From the IMG/VR virus record IMGVR_UViG_3300027985_001102, positions 1 to 53,983 of that record: a stretch of 53,983 nt of DNA, one strand, 5' to 3'. Position numbers and translations under genes: made by a program. Below, piece after piece: positions 27,436 to 35,759 of this stretch; the first letter of the stretch is position 1; each line of letters opens with the position of its first letter. Origin of the DNA: a virus. Its lineage: Duplodnaviria; Caudoviricetes. Below the pieces are notes generated by a model. That model made no database searches. It had not been told where the DNA came from and was given only the letters and a program-made list of their open reading frames with translations.

Positions 27436-28468
27436 CTTTCGATACACAGACCCAACCGGAACACCGAGACGGTTTCGCAAGGTGGCCGACGTGCAGACCA
27501 TGGCCGCTGCCAAGGCAGAGGAGCAACGTTTGCGGATGCACGCCGCCGAGACAGGTGAGCCATATTCGGTTAGTGGGAGCAAGTGTCCAACGTTCGCCGA
27601 ATTCATCGCTGGACAGTGGCAGAATTGGACCCGTACACACCACAAACCCAGCACGCGCGAGAGGTACCAAGCGCTACTCGATCAAGGCGTGCTGTCCGCA
27701 TTTGGAGCCTATCAACTGGACGAGATAGACGCTGCTGCTGTAACCGAATACGCGGCCTATCTGACAGCCGACAACGTTCAGGCATGGCCCCATGTTTCTT
27801 TCGTCTCTTCTGTTCTTCGTGCCGCTGTAGCTCTCGGCGTGCTCGCAGAGATGCCTCGATTACCACCATCGCGAAGGAAGAAACGCAAGCTGCCTAGCTG
27901 CCCAGACCACGACGAGATCGTTACGATGCTCTCATTCGCTCGATCATGGGTGAGGCTTGCGATTGCGCTTGCTGCCTACGCTGGGTTGCGTTCCGGAGAA
28001 GTACGAGCGCTCGAAGTGGCTGACATTGACCTGAAGCATGGAATCATTCTTGTGCGACGATCGCTTAGCGCCGATCAGGTCACGACCACGAAGGGCGACG
28101 AGGAGCGTGTGGTCCCAATAGCGCCGGAGCTCGACATACTTCTGCGGGCGTCGATCAAGGGGAAGCGTGCCAAGGATCGAATCGTGGTGATGCGCGACGG
28201 ATCGACCCCATCGAGGCAAAAGATCTGGTCGAGGGTGGATCGGCTACAGCAACGCCACGGGCTGCGACACCGATCGTTCCATTCGATCCGACACTTTTTC
28301 TGTACGTCGCTCTTGCAGCGAGGAGCGGACATAGAGCTCGTTCGCACCGTGGCAGGTCACCAGGATATCGAGACGACCTGGCAGTACCTGCACAGCAACA
28401 ACGAGGATGCTCGCGTTGTGATGTCGAGGCCCTATACGGGCCCTGTCCTTGTGTCCGGTTCGAAGTAG
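27386..28468 (+). CDS. int: Tyrosine integrase
   Basis: YAGLRSGE (R), TTKG (K), HSIRH (HxxR), GHQDIETTWQY (H, Y); GAGGAG RBS. Confidence 0.95.
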   Translation: MSVRKTKKNGKPILLIDFRYTDPTGTPRRFRKVADVQTMAAAKAEEQRLRMHAAETGEPYSVSGSKCPTFAEFIAGQWQNWTRTHHKPSTRERYQALLDQGVLSAFGAYQLDEIDAAAVTEYAAYLTADNVQAWPHVSFVSSVLRAAVALGVLAEMPRLPPSRRKKRKLPSCPDHDEIVTMLSFARSWVRLAIALAAYAGLRSGEVRALEVADIDLKHGIILVRRSLSADQVTTTKGDEERVVPIAPELDILLRASIKGKRAKDRIVVMRDGSTPSRQKIWSRVDRLQQRHGLRHRSFHSIRHFFCTSLLQRGADIELVRTVAGHQDIETTWQYLHSNNEDARVVMSRPYTGPVLVSGSK

Positions 28469-28655
28469 CCTACAAAACAAGGCGTATTCGCGTCATCTGT
28501 CGGGGAAGGGGGATTTGAAGTGGAGGATTCAGCACACGCGGTCAGACATGCTGTTTCCAACGAATTCGCCACTTTATCCCACACAACTGAACGGACGCGC
28601 ACGGACGCGACCGGACACTAAAGGGCCCACCGTGGGCCCTACCTGGGCCCTACCC
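28427..28655. other. attP: core at 28499-28519 resembling a tRNA-Pro 3' end, flanked by 11-bp-period arm sites
   Basis: Minus strand TTCAAATCCCCCTTCCCCGAC; (G/A)GGCCC-based repeats at 28427, 28438 and 28623, 28634, 28645. Confidence 0.78.
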
Positions 28656-28684
28656 TTGTGCCTACAGAAGTCCAACATTACTCT

Positions 28685-28700
28685 TGGCACGTCTCGTGCG
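28685..28700 (+). promoter_or_regulatory. Sigma54 promoter for HTH paralog 2
   Basis: TGGCACGTCTCGTGCG, near-consensus; predicted +1 about 28711, ATG at 28712. Confidence 0.78.
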
Positions 28701-28711
28701 AAGGATGTGGC

Positions 28712-28993
28712 ATGCCCAAATCCGACGAAATCGCTCGCCGTCTACGCGACCGACGGCAGGCAGGTGAACACGGCTCCCCTTCGGCGCTAGGCGTGGCGCT
28801 GGGCGCGTGTCTCCGGTCCGGTGATAGGCTCCTAGTACTGGCAGCGACGGAGCGGATACAGGAGGCGCTGCGGGGGAGGACGCGCACAGCAGCAGCAGCA
28901 GCGCTGGGGGTGTCGTACCGCTCGCTTGCCCGATGGCTGGCCGACTACCCTGACATAGTTGCGGACGACTATGACTCGGATGTCATAGTGTAG
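28712..28993 (+). CDS. Stand-alone Fis-type HTH protein, paralog 2
   Basis: LGVALGACLRSGDRLLVLAATERIQEALRGRTRTAAAAALGVSYRSLARWLADYP aligns with paralog 1. Confidence 0.8.
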   Translation: MPKSDEIARRLRDRRQAGEHGSPSALGVALGACLRSGDRLLVLAATERIQEALRGRTRTAAAAALGVSYRSLARWLADYPDIVADDYDSDVIV

Positions 28994-29134
28994 CATGTCT
29001 TGGTTTATAGAGTTTATAGCGTGTTCAGCGCTGTTCAGTATGACTCACGTGACAGCGTGAGCGTAGGATTGGATGGGGCTGTGATAGTAATTACGAGCAC
29101 TTACGAACATGACTCGCGTGGCATATCATGTGCA
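28972..29134 (+). promoter_or_regulatory. Sigma54 promoter region 2b: palindromes at 28972, 29041, 29110 (69-bp spacing), IHF-like box at 29091-29104, -24/-12 element at 29119-29134
   Basis: TGACTCGGATGTCA, TGACTCACGTGACA, TGACTCGCGTGGCA; TTACGAGCACTTAC; TGGCATATCATGTGCA. Confidence 0.72.
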
Positions 29135-29181
29135 TTGACTTAGGTCACGCCGCAAGGGGCGGCCCAATTGAAGGAGACACA

Positions 29182-29457
29182 ATGGAAACTACAATCACAA
29201 CAGTCGCAACGTCAGTGGCAATCTGGTGGGACACGCAGGACCCTCAGTCCGAGGGATGGACGTGGCGCGTGTGGTACTCCGCCGGCGATGGGTACTACGA
29301 TTCTGACTCCGGCCAAGTCGACGCCCCCCGTGACGCAGAGCTCGCGGATCTACTCGAGCTGGTAGCAGCAGACACAGTTGTGGATCTTGGTCCGTACGCG
29401 GACGCAGACGCGTACGGACCAAACAGAAACGCTGAAGGGTGGGAAGCGGGCAAGTAG
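29182..29457 (+). CDS. Small acidic hypothetical protein
   Basis: AAGGAG RBS; first gene after the sigma54 promoter. Confidence 0.65.
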   Translation: METTITTVATSVAIWWDTQDPQSEGWTWRVWYSAGDGYYDSDSGQVDAPRDAELADLLELVAADTVVDLGPYADADAYGPNRNAEGWEAGK

Positions 29458-29511
29458 CCACCACGAGCTGAAACACCGGACGGTACCACCGTCCGTGAAA
29501 GGCTGGATAGA

Positions 29512-29748
29512 ATGAACTCTGACATCGAAAACACCAATCTGGAGATCCTAGCAGAAGCTGCAACATACGTTGCGGTTGCTGGCGATCAGATGCCCGTCGA
29601 GATTCGTCTTGACGGGCATACATTCCAGCCTCCTGCGGATCGTAAGGTCCACGTCGTCCAGGGGAACCGTGGGCAACCCCCCACGGAATGGACCGGCCCC
29701 CTACGCCTGTGGCACGACGCCGTCAAGAAGGCGGCGTCAAAACTCTAG
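29512..29748 (+). CDS. Hypothetical protein
   Basis: Tiled ORF in the small-gene operon. Confidence 0.55.
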   Translation: MNSDIENTNLEILAEAATYVAVAGDQMPVEIRLDGHTFQPPADRKVHVVQGNRGQPPTEWTGPLRLWHDAVKKAASKL

Positions 29749-29765
29749 CCAGTGGAAGAGGTACG

Positions 29766-30263
29766 ATGATCGTCCCCGCCGAATTCCGGAGACTGCTTGC
29801 GGGTGCGTACGGAGACGTACGTGCTCGCCTCGAGTGGACCGATGACGGTCGCCTGACCTGGGAGGGTCACGGCACGATGTCGCGAGCTCAGACCGATCGC
29901 TGGATCGCCATGTGGTGGCGATTCGTCGAGCACAAAGGAGAGCTCCGCTATCGCTCCGAGTGCGTCTGCTCCGCGAGGAGAGCGCACGATGGTGAAAGGT
30001 ATTGGCTGCGCGCCTATACCCCCGATGGCTGGCCCCCTATACCTCCCCCTGTGCTGGCATTGCTCGAAGCTCAGCTCACGCATAGGCACTCGCGTGAGTG
30101 GGCAGAGGATACTCTACGGTGGGTCGCACGCGCGGAGGCGGATCCCCAGTGCCAGGAATTGGATCGCCGTAGCAGAGGCCGCGCCTGCGCGCGGTGGGAC
30201 GAGCGCGACGAAGCGCTCGCGGTGCTCGGCACCACGCTGACAGAGAGGCAGGGGGCGCTATGA
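29766..30263 (+). CDS. Hypothetical protein
   Basis: GAGG RBS; ATGA-coupled to next gene. Confidence 0.55.
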   Translation: MIVPAEFRRLLAGAYGDVRARLEWTDDGRLTWEGHGTMSRAQTDRWIAMWWRFVEHKGELRYRSECVCSARRAHDGERYWLRAYTPDGWPPIPPPVLALLEAQLTHRHSREWAEDTLRWVARAEADPQCQELDRRSRGRACARWDERDEALAVLGTTLTERQGAL

Positions 30264-30535
30264 ACATCGATACACTGACCCGCCTATTGCTCTTGGTCCG
30301 GCCTGAAACCTATCGCCGCCACGGCTGGCGCGGCACGTCTGGCGCGTATGTCGGACTGCATGCCATTATGGGGTCTGCATATGACCATAACGGCCTAGCG
30401 GGCTCTGGATCTGTGGAGGTGACCGTCCGCCGGCCTAACGACCCGGAAGGTTGGCACAACCCAGCGTTCGTGGCACCACGGAATTCGCCGGTCTACCGGA
30501 GAATGGTCCGAGAGTGGGAGCGGAGGCATCCCTAG
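30260..30535 (+). CDS. Hypothetical protein
   Basis: ATGA overlap. Confidence 0.55.
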   Translation: MNIDTLTRLLLLVRPETYRRHGWRGTSGAYVGLHAIMGSAYDHNGLAGSGSVEVTVRRPNDPEGWHNPAFVAPRNSPVYRRMVREWERRHP

Positions 30536-30603
30536 GCAGGAAACTGGCTCATTGGTGCCCCGTAGCCCTCGCGGTTCGGGGCTTGAGGCCGTAGGAGACA
30601 AAA

Positions 30604-30834
30604 ATGAAAATGTATACACTCTTGAAAGACCAGGGCCAGGTCGTGGAAGTCAGCTACGGGTATGGAGGCGACGGCACTGCCTACCGTCGTCGCCACGACA
30701 GGTCTGATGGATCGACCACCTGGGAGGTGGGGGATCTCGATTGGGACCTCGAGCCGGAGGGCGTCAGCACAGAGCGTATCCCGTGCGTGATTGAATGGGT
30801 CCCCTGTGATCCTCCAGCGGAGGAGGCGGAATGA
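30604..30834 (+). CDS. Hypothetical protein
   Basis: AGGAG RBS. Confidence 0.6.
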   Translation: MKMYTLLKDQGQVVEVSYGYGGDGTAYRRRHDRSDGSTTWEVGDLDWDLEPEGVSTERIPCVIEWVPCDPPAEEAE

Positions 30835-31115
30835 ACACCCCGTACGAGGTAGTCGTCGCCCCCGGCTGTCACGACAGGCCGATCGCGCCTGTCATCTCGC
30901 GCCATCGCACCCTACGCGGTGCCGTGCGCTCGGCACGCAGGTCTGACCGACTGCAGGTCGAACCCGCTACGAGCTCGGTGTGCCTGTACCGCGCGAAATC
31001 GCGCCAACCGACCCAGCATGGCTACGGCGCCTATGGCGGGCCGGACACGCGGCCGCTGGCCGTGTGCTACGCGGAAGCAGAGGCGGCGGAAGCGGCGTGG
31101 AGGAACGAGCAATGA
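30831..31115 (+). CDS. Hypothetical protein
   Basis: GGAGGAGG RBS; ATGA overlap. Confidence 0.55.
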   Translation: MNTPYEVVVAPGCHDRPIAPVISRHRTLRGAVRSARRSDRLQVEPATSSVCLYRAKSRQPTQHGYGAYGGPDTRPLAVCYAEAEAAEAAWRNEQ

Positions 31116-31642
31116 ACCCCATCGTGAGGCACGAAGACGATCGCCTTAGCGACCTCGCGCCGCTGGTCGACGTAGACATGTTCGGTGCGGTCGCAGCTCA
31201 TATCCTAGGATACGTCGGAGGGTCGCATCGGATGCTATACTGCGTCCGGGGGCGACCCAATAGCGGCATGGTCCGCGTATGTGGATTCCCATTCCGCTAC
31301 GATACGGGAACCCGGGCAGGGGAGGTGGAGATCCGCACCTCAGATGACACAAGATACCCTTGCCGGGCGCTGTTTCGCGACGGCCCCAATCGTTTCGAAG
31401 TAAACGAAGAAGTCCAGGTGAGCGGACTGTGGGATGCGGGACTCGCCGATATGCATGCCGCTGCTATGCGTCAGCGGGAGGCGTGCCATCGCGGCGACAT
31501 TGTGCTCGTCACTCGTCCAGGATGCGGCGACATCTGGACTCCAGCTGGGGATTTGCCACCGTACGTGCGGACGTATGAGGATCACGGATTCGACATTCGA
31601 GTCGCAGCCGATGGGCGACGCTGGACGGAGGGGCCGCAATGA
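31112..31642 (+). CDS. Hypothetical protein
   Basis: GGAGG RBS; ATGA overlap. Confidence 0.55.
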   Translation: MNPIVRHEDDRLSDLAPLVDVDMFGAVAAHILGYVGGSHRMLYCVRGRPNSGMVRVCGFPFRYDTGTRAGEVEIRTSDDTRYPCRALFRDGPNRFEVNEEVQVSGLWDAGLADMHAAAMRQREACHRGDIVLVTRPGCGDIWTPAGDLPPYVRTYEDHGFDIRVAADGRRWTEGPQ

Positions 31643-32124
31643 CCGCGTACGTAAAATGCGCAGTGTGCGGGTGGGCTCAGGAGTCGCGCTATCGGGGCCC
31701 CAGTCCGTGGCCTGATTCAGCGTCAGAGCTTCCGGCGGCGCTGCGCCTCCACGCTGGCATGTACTTTGATGTAGATTGCGGCGGGTGGCACAAGGGGCTC
31801 CCGTGCACGAACCGCATCCACTGGATACGCTGCACGAAGGCGTATTACGATCTGCCGCGCTGGCGAGCGGAGCTCGATCGGCAGATCTGGTACCTGGAGC
31901 AGACCCACGCCATGCTCGAGCGAGCGCGGCAAGGGTTGCGCGAGGCGGGCGAATTCGAGCTTTCGTGTGCGCAGTGGGTCGAGGATATTCATCGCACTCT
32001 GGAGGTGCGGCTGCCTGCCAAGGCGGCGCGCGAGAAAGAAGCGATCGCGCGCTGCAAAGCGCGTATCGCCGAACTGGAGCGAGAGCTCGCCCACACCCCT
32101 GAGGGGGAGAGGATCACATTTTGA
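31639..32124 (+). CDS. Hypothetical zinc-binding coiled-coil protein
   Basis: CAVC...C...C; ATGA overlap. Confidence 0.55.
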   Translation: MTAYVKCAVCGWAQESRYRGPSPWPDSASELPAALRLHAGMYFDVDCGGWHKGLPCTNRIHWIRCTKAYYDLPRWRAELDRQIWYLEQTHAMLERARQGLREAGEFELSCAQWVEDIHRTLEVRLPAKAAREKEAIARCKARIAELERELAHTPEGERITF

Positions 32125-32384
32125 TCTACGACACCCACGCGGCCCACAAGGGCGGCCTGCCGTACGGCCTCATCGAGCGCTCATCGCTGCTGTCTACGCG
32201 AGCGGGTGTGTCGATGGGGGCACCCGATGACGAGATCCGAGCGCTGTCGACATGGCAGCTCCAGCAGCTCCGTCGGGTCGCTCATTGCCACGCCCGTATG
32301 GGCTGGCGAGACAATCAGATTCGTGCTGAACAGGTGCTATCGCTCACGTGGGTGGAGCTGACCCGTAGAGGGGCGTGCCAGTGA
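32121..32384 (+). CDS. Hypothetical protein
   Basis: GAGGA RBS; TTGA overlap. Confidence 0.45.
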   Translation: MIYDTHAAHKGGLPYGLIERSSLLSTRAGVSMGAPDDEIRALSTWQLQQLRRVAHCHARMGWRDNQIRAEQVLSLTWVELTRRGACQ

Positions 32385-32457
32385 AGATAGGAGTTAGCAA
32401 AATGAAACACGATCTATGGCGCGACGATCACTACGAGATCTCGTGGGAGGCCATGCT

Positions 32458-32742
32458 ATGACCGACCATTACGGCCCCTACCGCGTGGGCATTCGCGCGG
32501 GTCTGGACGTGGACGAGAAGTTGGGCATATTTCGCCCAATTGACCTGTACGTGGTGGAAAACCGCTGGGGGAGAGCGGTACAGTTCACTACCACGCGCAA
32601 CCGTCGCGAAGCCGAGGCGTGGTGTGAGAGGCGGAACACCGACCACTCACACCCAGGGTGCGCGGGAGTGTGCATGGGTGAGCCCTCCCCAGATGACCCT
32701 AGCACTGTGACGTGCCCTGACTGTTTGGAATTGCTGCTGTAA
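32458..32742 (+). CDS. Hypothetical protein with C-terminal zinc finger
   Basis: GGAGG RBS; H..C...C...VTCPDC. Confidence 0.55.
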   Translation: MTDHYGPYRVGIRAGLDVDEKLGIFRPIDLYVVENRWGRAVQFTTTRNRREAEAWCERRNTDHSHPGCAGVCMGEPSPDDPSTVTCPDCLELLL

Positions 32743-33353
32743 TGGCGTACGCAAAGGCTACCCTACACAAGGACGGGACGGCCAGCTATGGCGACATCGA
32801 CCACGCAATCACCCTGACACGGGAGCAGCTCGACGCTATCCCGATCCGGGAGGCTCGCCGGATCGCTCTACACCTCGCCAGCCGTGGCGACGAGGTTGCC
32901 CGGGAGTGGATGGATGCGTACCGTGGTCGCGCTCGCAAGTCGGACTGGTACTCGACACCATCCGACCTGCGCAATCGTCGCCACGTGTCGCTTACGTTGA
33001 GCGACGAGGCACGCGCTAGGCTTGCCTCGATCGCAAAGAACAAAGGGACGACAAGGTCCCAAGTAGTGGAGGAGTGGATCATGTCGCAAGCGATTGGGCC
33101 CTGGTACATCACCGACACCGCAGTGAGGCAGTACGCCACTCTGCGAGGCGCGGATAGGGCCGACGCGATCGAAGAGCTTCGCTCGATCGCCAAGGACGCG
33201 GCCGAACGCAAATCGCCTAGGCGCACGGCAGGAGGGCTGCTGTGCTACCGCGTACGCAAGCCGATCGATGTCCAGCTGCTCGTGAGCGACAGCGCGCGCG
33301 ATGAGGGGACGCTGCCACAGCTTGTGGCAGTGGTGGCTGGATTCAGAAAGTGA
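32742..33353 (+). CDS. Ribbon-helix-helix (CopG-like) domain protein with an extra C-terminal domain
   Basis: RHVSLTLSDEARARLASIAKNKGTTRSQVVEEWI. Confidence 0.65.
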   Translation: MAYAKATLHKDGTASYGDIDHAITLTREQLDAIPIREARRIALHLASRGDEVAREWMDAYRGRARKSDWYSTPSDLRNRRHVSLTLSDEARARLASIAKNKGTTRSQVVEEWIMSQAIGPWYITDTAVRQYATLRGADRADAIEELRSIAKDAAERKSPRRTAGGLLCYRVRKPIDVQLLVSDSARDEGTLPQLVAVVAGFRK

Positions 33354-33513
33354 TGGGACCACCAGTTGACACCCCAGCGCGAACAGGTACACTCCACTTG
33401 TTCGCGAACAATTCCTGCCTTCGGGCAGGCCCCATTGACGCAAACACGAACGCGAACACGAACACGAACTACGCAGTCCACTTGGCTGCGTTTTCGTTTT
33501 GTTGGGGGGAGAA

Positions 33514-33735
33514 ATGAACCAGTACCCACAGCAGTACCAGCATCAGCCAACAGCTATGTGGAGGTGTCCATTTTGCGGGTATTATGGGGAGCCGATACAG
33601 GGATCAAGTGTGTCTACTGGTGGTGTGATAGTGGCAATTGTGTTTCTGTTTATGTGCTTCCCGCTGTTCTGGATTGGTCTGCTCATGAAGGACTACCACG
33701 AATTTTGCCCGTCATGTCGAGTACGTCTGGGGTGA
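33514..33735 (+). CDS. LITAF-like zinc-ribbon membrane protein
   Basis: Q/P/Y-rich N-terminus, CPFC, hydrophobic stretch, HEFCPSC; GGGGAG RBS. Confidence 0.7.
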   Translation: MNQYPQQYQHQPTAMWRCPFCGYYGEPIQGSSVSTGGVIVAIVFLFMCFPLFWIGLLMKDYHEFCPSCRVRLG

Positions 33736-34368
33736 CTCACGCGGCAACATCCACATGCGATGAGGCACGAGCTCGCCCACCCGAAGCACGCCAATGATCT
33801 CGCGAGGCCCAAGCCCGTCTGCCAGGTAGACCTTGCCATTCGATCGCACGATTGAGCGCTCAGTTTCGTGGATCGCGCATCGAAAACCACCATCCACAGA
33901 CGTGATTCGGTGCTCGCCAACCTCTACTACGGTGAGAGCGTGCGTGAGCAATCCAGTGCCGATGATGGCGATTTCGCCTGGTATAGGGAGCCTCGACTTG
34001 TGCTCGAATCCTCCCATCACCTGAAGTCGAACCATTGGGTCGACGGGTCTGCGAGGTGGCGACTTGGCGAATGCCCATGCTGCTGGCGTCGAGAGCTCGT
34101 AGTGGTCGAATCCAAAGCACCGAAGTAGACCACCAGCCACGTGAGCGCACCCGTGTTGTTTTTGAGCCATCCCAGCGGCAACAGCGGGGTCATCGTGCGG
34201 GTAGCACAGCTCCAGATATCTCGGCTCGTCGAAGCGAATCCCGACGCACGCACGAGCGATCTGGACCATGGTCGCGCGCTTTTGTTCCGGTGTCCATCCA
34301 GGGTCACCGAGCCATTGGCCTTGCCCTTGCCATCCTGGTGGTGGGGGAGGCCATCCTGGTGCTTTCAC
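33712..34368 (-). CDS. CHAP/NlpC-like cysteine peptidoglycan hydrolase (probable endolysin)
   Basis: HGCAHVA, PGEIAIIG...THALTVVE...SVDGG; end of the late operon. Confidence 0.55.
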   Translation of the reverse strand: MKAPGWPPPPPGWQGQGQWLGDPGWTPEQKRATMVQIARACVGIRFDEPRYLELCYPHDDPAVAAGMAQKQHGCAHVAGGLLRCFGFDHYELSTPAAWAFAKSPPRRPVDPMVRLQVMGGFEHKSRLPIPGEIAIIGTGLLTHALTVVEVGEHRITSVDGGFRCAIHETERSIVRSNGKVYLADGLGPREIIGVLRVGELVPHRMWMLPRESPQTYST

Positions 34369-34565
34369 AATTCACCTCGATTCAACGGTGGTGCATCGAC
34401 AACAAGGGCGTCTTCGGTGAGCTTCTTCCATGCGGCTCGCCCCCTGCGAACGCCTTCAAGAAACGGGTCCGAATTGGGATAGCCGTTCTCTGGCTCAAGG
34501 ACACCTGTAGCGGCATCGATGATTCCTGTGAGCAGACCTTGCTCGTATTGCTCGGCAGGTGTCAT
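34365..34565 (-). CDS. Small hypothetical protein
   Basis: Start/stop overlaps on both sides. Confidence 0.45.
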   Translation of the reverse strand: MTPAEQYEQGLLTGIIDAATGVLEPENGYPNSDPFLEGVRRGRAAWKKLTEDALVVDAPPLNRGEL

Positions 34566-34840
34566 TGCTCGCACCGAACCCCGCACGCACGCACCGATTC
34601 GACGTCACCCGCCACGCTCACGCAATCGGAGAACGGGCGCATGTAGCCGACGGAGTGATACGTCTCGCACCAATCCTGGCACTCGCTATCCCCCTCAGGA
34701 CACTGCAGAGCGGCGAGCTGAGCGCACGCACCTGGACATCCTGGGTCTGGCTGTGGAGCGATGGGGGCTTGGGTACAGGCGACGAATCCGATTGCCCACG
34801 CCCAATTCGCAACAACCAACGCGATCCAAAAACGTCTCAT
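34562..34840 (-). CDS. Cys-rich lipoprotein
   Basis: Signal MRRFWIAL...GFVAC followed by 8 further Cys. Confidence 0.7.
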   Translation of the reverse strand: MRRFWIALVVANWAWAIGFVACTQAPIAPQPDPGCPGACAQLAALQCPEGDSECQDWCETYHSVGYMRPFSDCVSVAGDVESVRACGVRCEQ

Positions 34841-34980
34841 GCCGCCCTCCGTCTGTCCAAGAAACTGAGGTATTTGCCGACCCACAACCACCAGTCGTGA
34901 CCCCCTCTTGTTCGACTTAGCGCCAACGCTTCTGCTTTGACTTTCCTCGCAGCCTTCTTCTTTGCAGTTCTGGCTTTCAT
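34837..34980 (-). CDS. 47-aa cationic amphipathic peptide
   Basis: MKARTAKKKAARKVKAEALALSRTRGGHDWWLWVGKYLSFLDRRRAA; ATGA overlaps at both ends. Confidence 0.55.
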   Translation of the reverse strand: MKARTAKKKAARKVKAEALALSRTRGGHDWWLWVGKYLSFLDRRRAA

Positions 34981-35759
34981 CGCATCACCCTTTCCGGGTC
35001 AATGTCCGGCGTTGCGAGGTACGAGACTCGACTCGACGCCATCTCCGAACGAGCGATCTGATGGAGGCCTCCAGCGCCGTAGTCAGATCCCCACGAGCCG
35101 ATCGCCCAGCACGACTCTCGATCGGCGTGCACGAAGCACAGGTAGTGCCCACCCTTGCGCGGCCCACGGTAGCGCCACGGGCCTTGACTCGGCGTCCAGT
35201 CCAGCAGTCCCTGGTCGACGGTCACGGCGCCGACAACAGGGCGTCCTGTGCCGAGCAGGGCATCCAAATCGGTGAGCCTCGAATCGTCATCGAGTAGCCA
35301 GTGATAGTGGAGCCAGTCGCGATCGATTGAGCGTCGGTAGATCGAAGGCGACGGGGCATCGTCCACCTTCGATGCGTCGAAAGGGAGCGCATCGTACTCG
35401 ACGATACCAAGTGGATCGCGTAGGCACTCCCACCCAGCGACTGGATTCGAACCGATGTCGACCACGTTCTTCCAGCCGTGCCTGGAAGCGCGCGCGCGGT
35501 AGTAGATGTCCCGATCTGAGGGGGCAATTCGCTTGCCGATGGGGATGCCGAGCATCGCCTGCCGAATCCATACTGCTTGCCGAATCGCCTGCCCCACGCA
35601 CGATTCGGTGCTAAATTGGTCGGGCCAGCCATCGGGTGCGTGGACGTGGTCTACCATCGGTCCGGACACGGGGGAGCCAATCCCGATCAGGTCAGACGCC
35701 GGGTAGCGCTCGGTCCGTGGGTCGTGTGGCTCGTAGACGACTCCCAGACCGTGACTCAT
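34977..35759 (-). CDS. Papain-like (C1) cysteine peptidase
   Basis: DQFSTESCVGQA, GGHYL, GSWGSDYGAGG. Confidence 0.8.
   Translation of the reverse strand: MSHGLGVVYEPHDPRTERYPASDLIGIGSPVSGPMVDHVHAPDGWPDQFSTESCVGQAIRQAVWIRQAMLGIPIGKRIAPSDRDIYYRARASRHGWKNVVDIGSNPVAGWECLRDPLGIVEYDALPFDASKVDDAPSPSIYRRSIDRDWLHYHWLLDDDSRLTDLDALLGTGRPVVGAVTVDQGLLDWTPSQGPWRYRGPRKGGHYLCFVHADRESCWAIGSWGSDYGAGGLHQIARSEMASSRVSYLATPDIDPERVMR

Noticed and set aside
29454-29510. Possible hammerhead ribozyme (CTGAAAC, hairpin, GAAA)
   Set aside because: The CUGANGA core and stem III pairing are missing; only the hairpin CGGACGGT/ACCGTCCG is supported.
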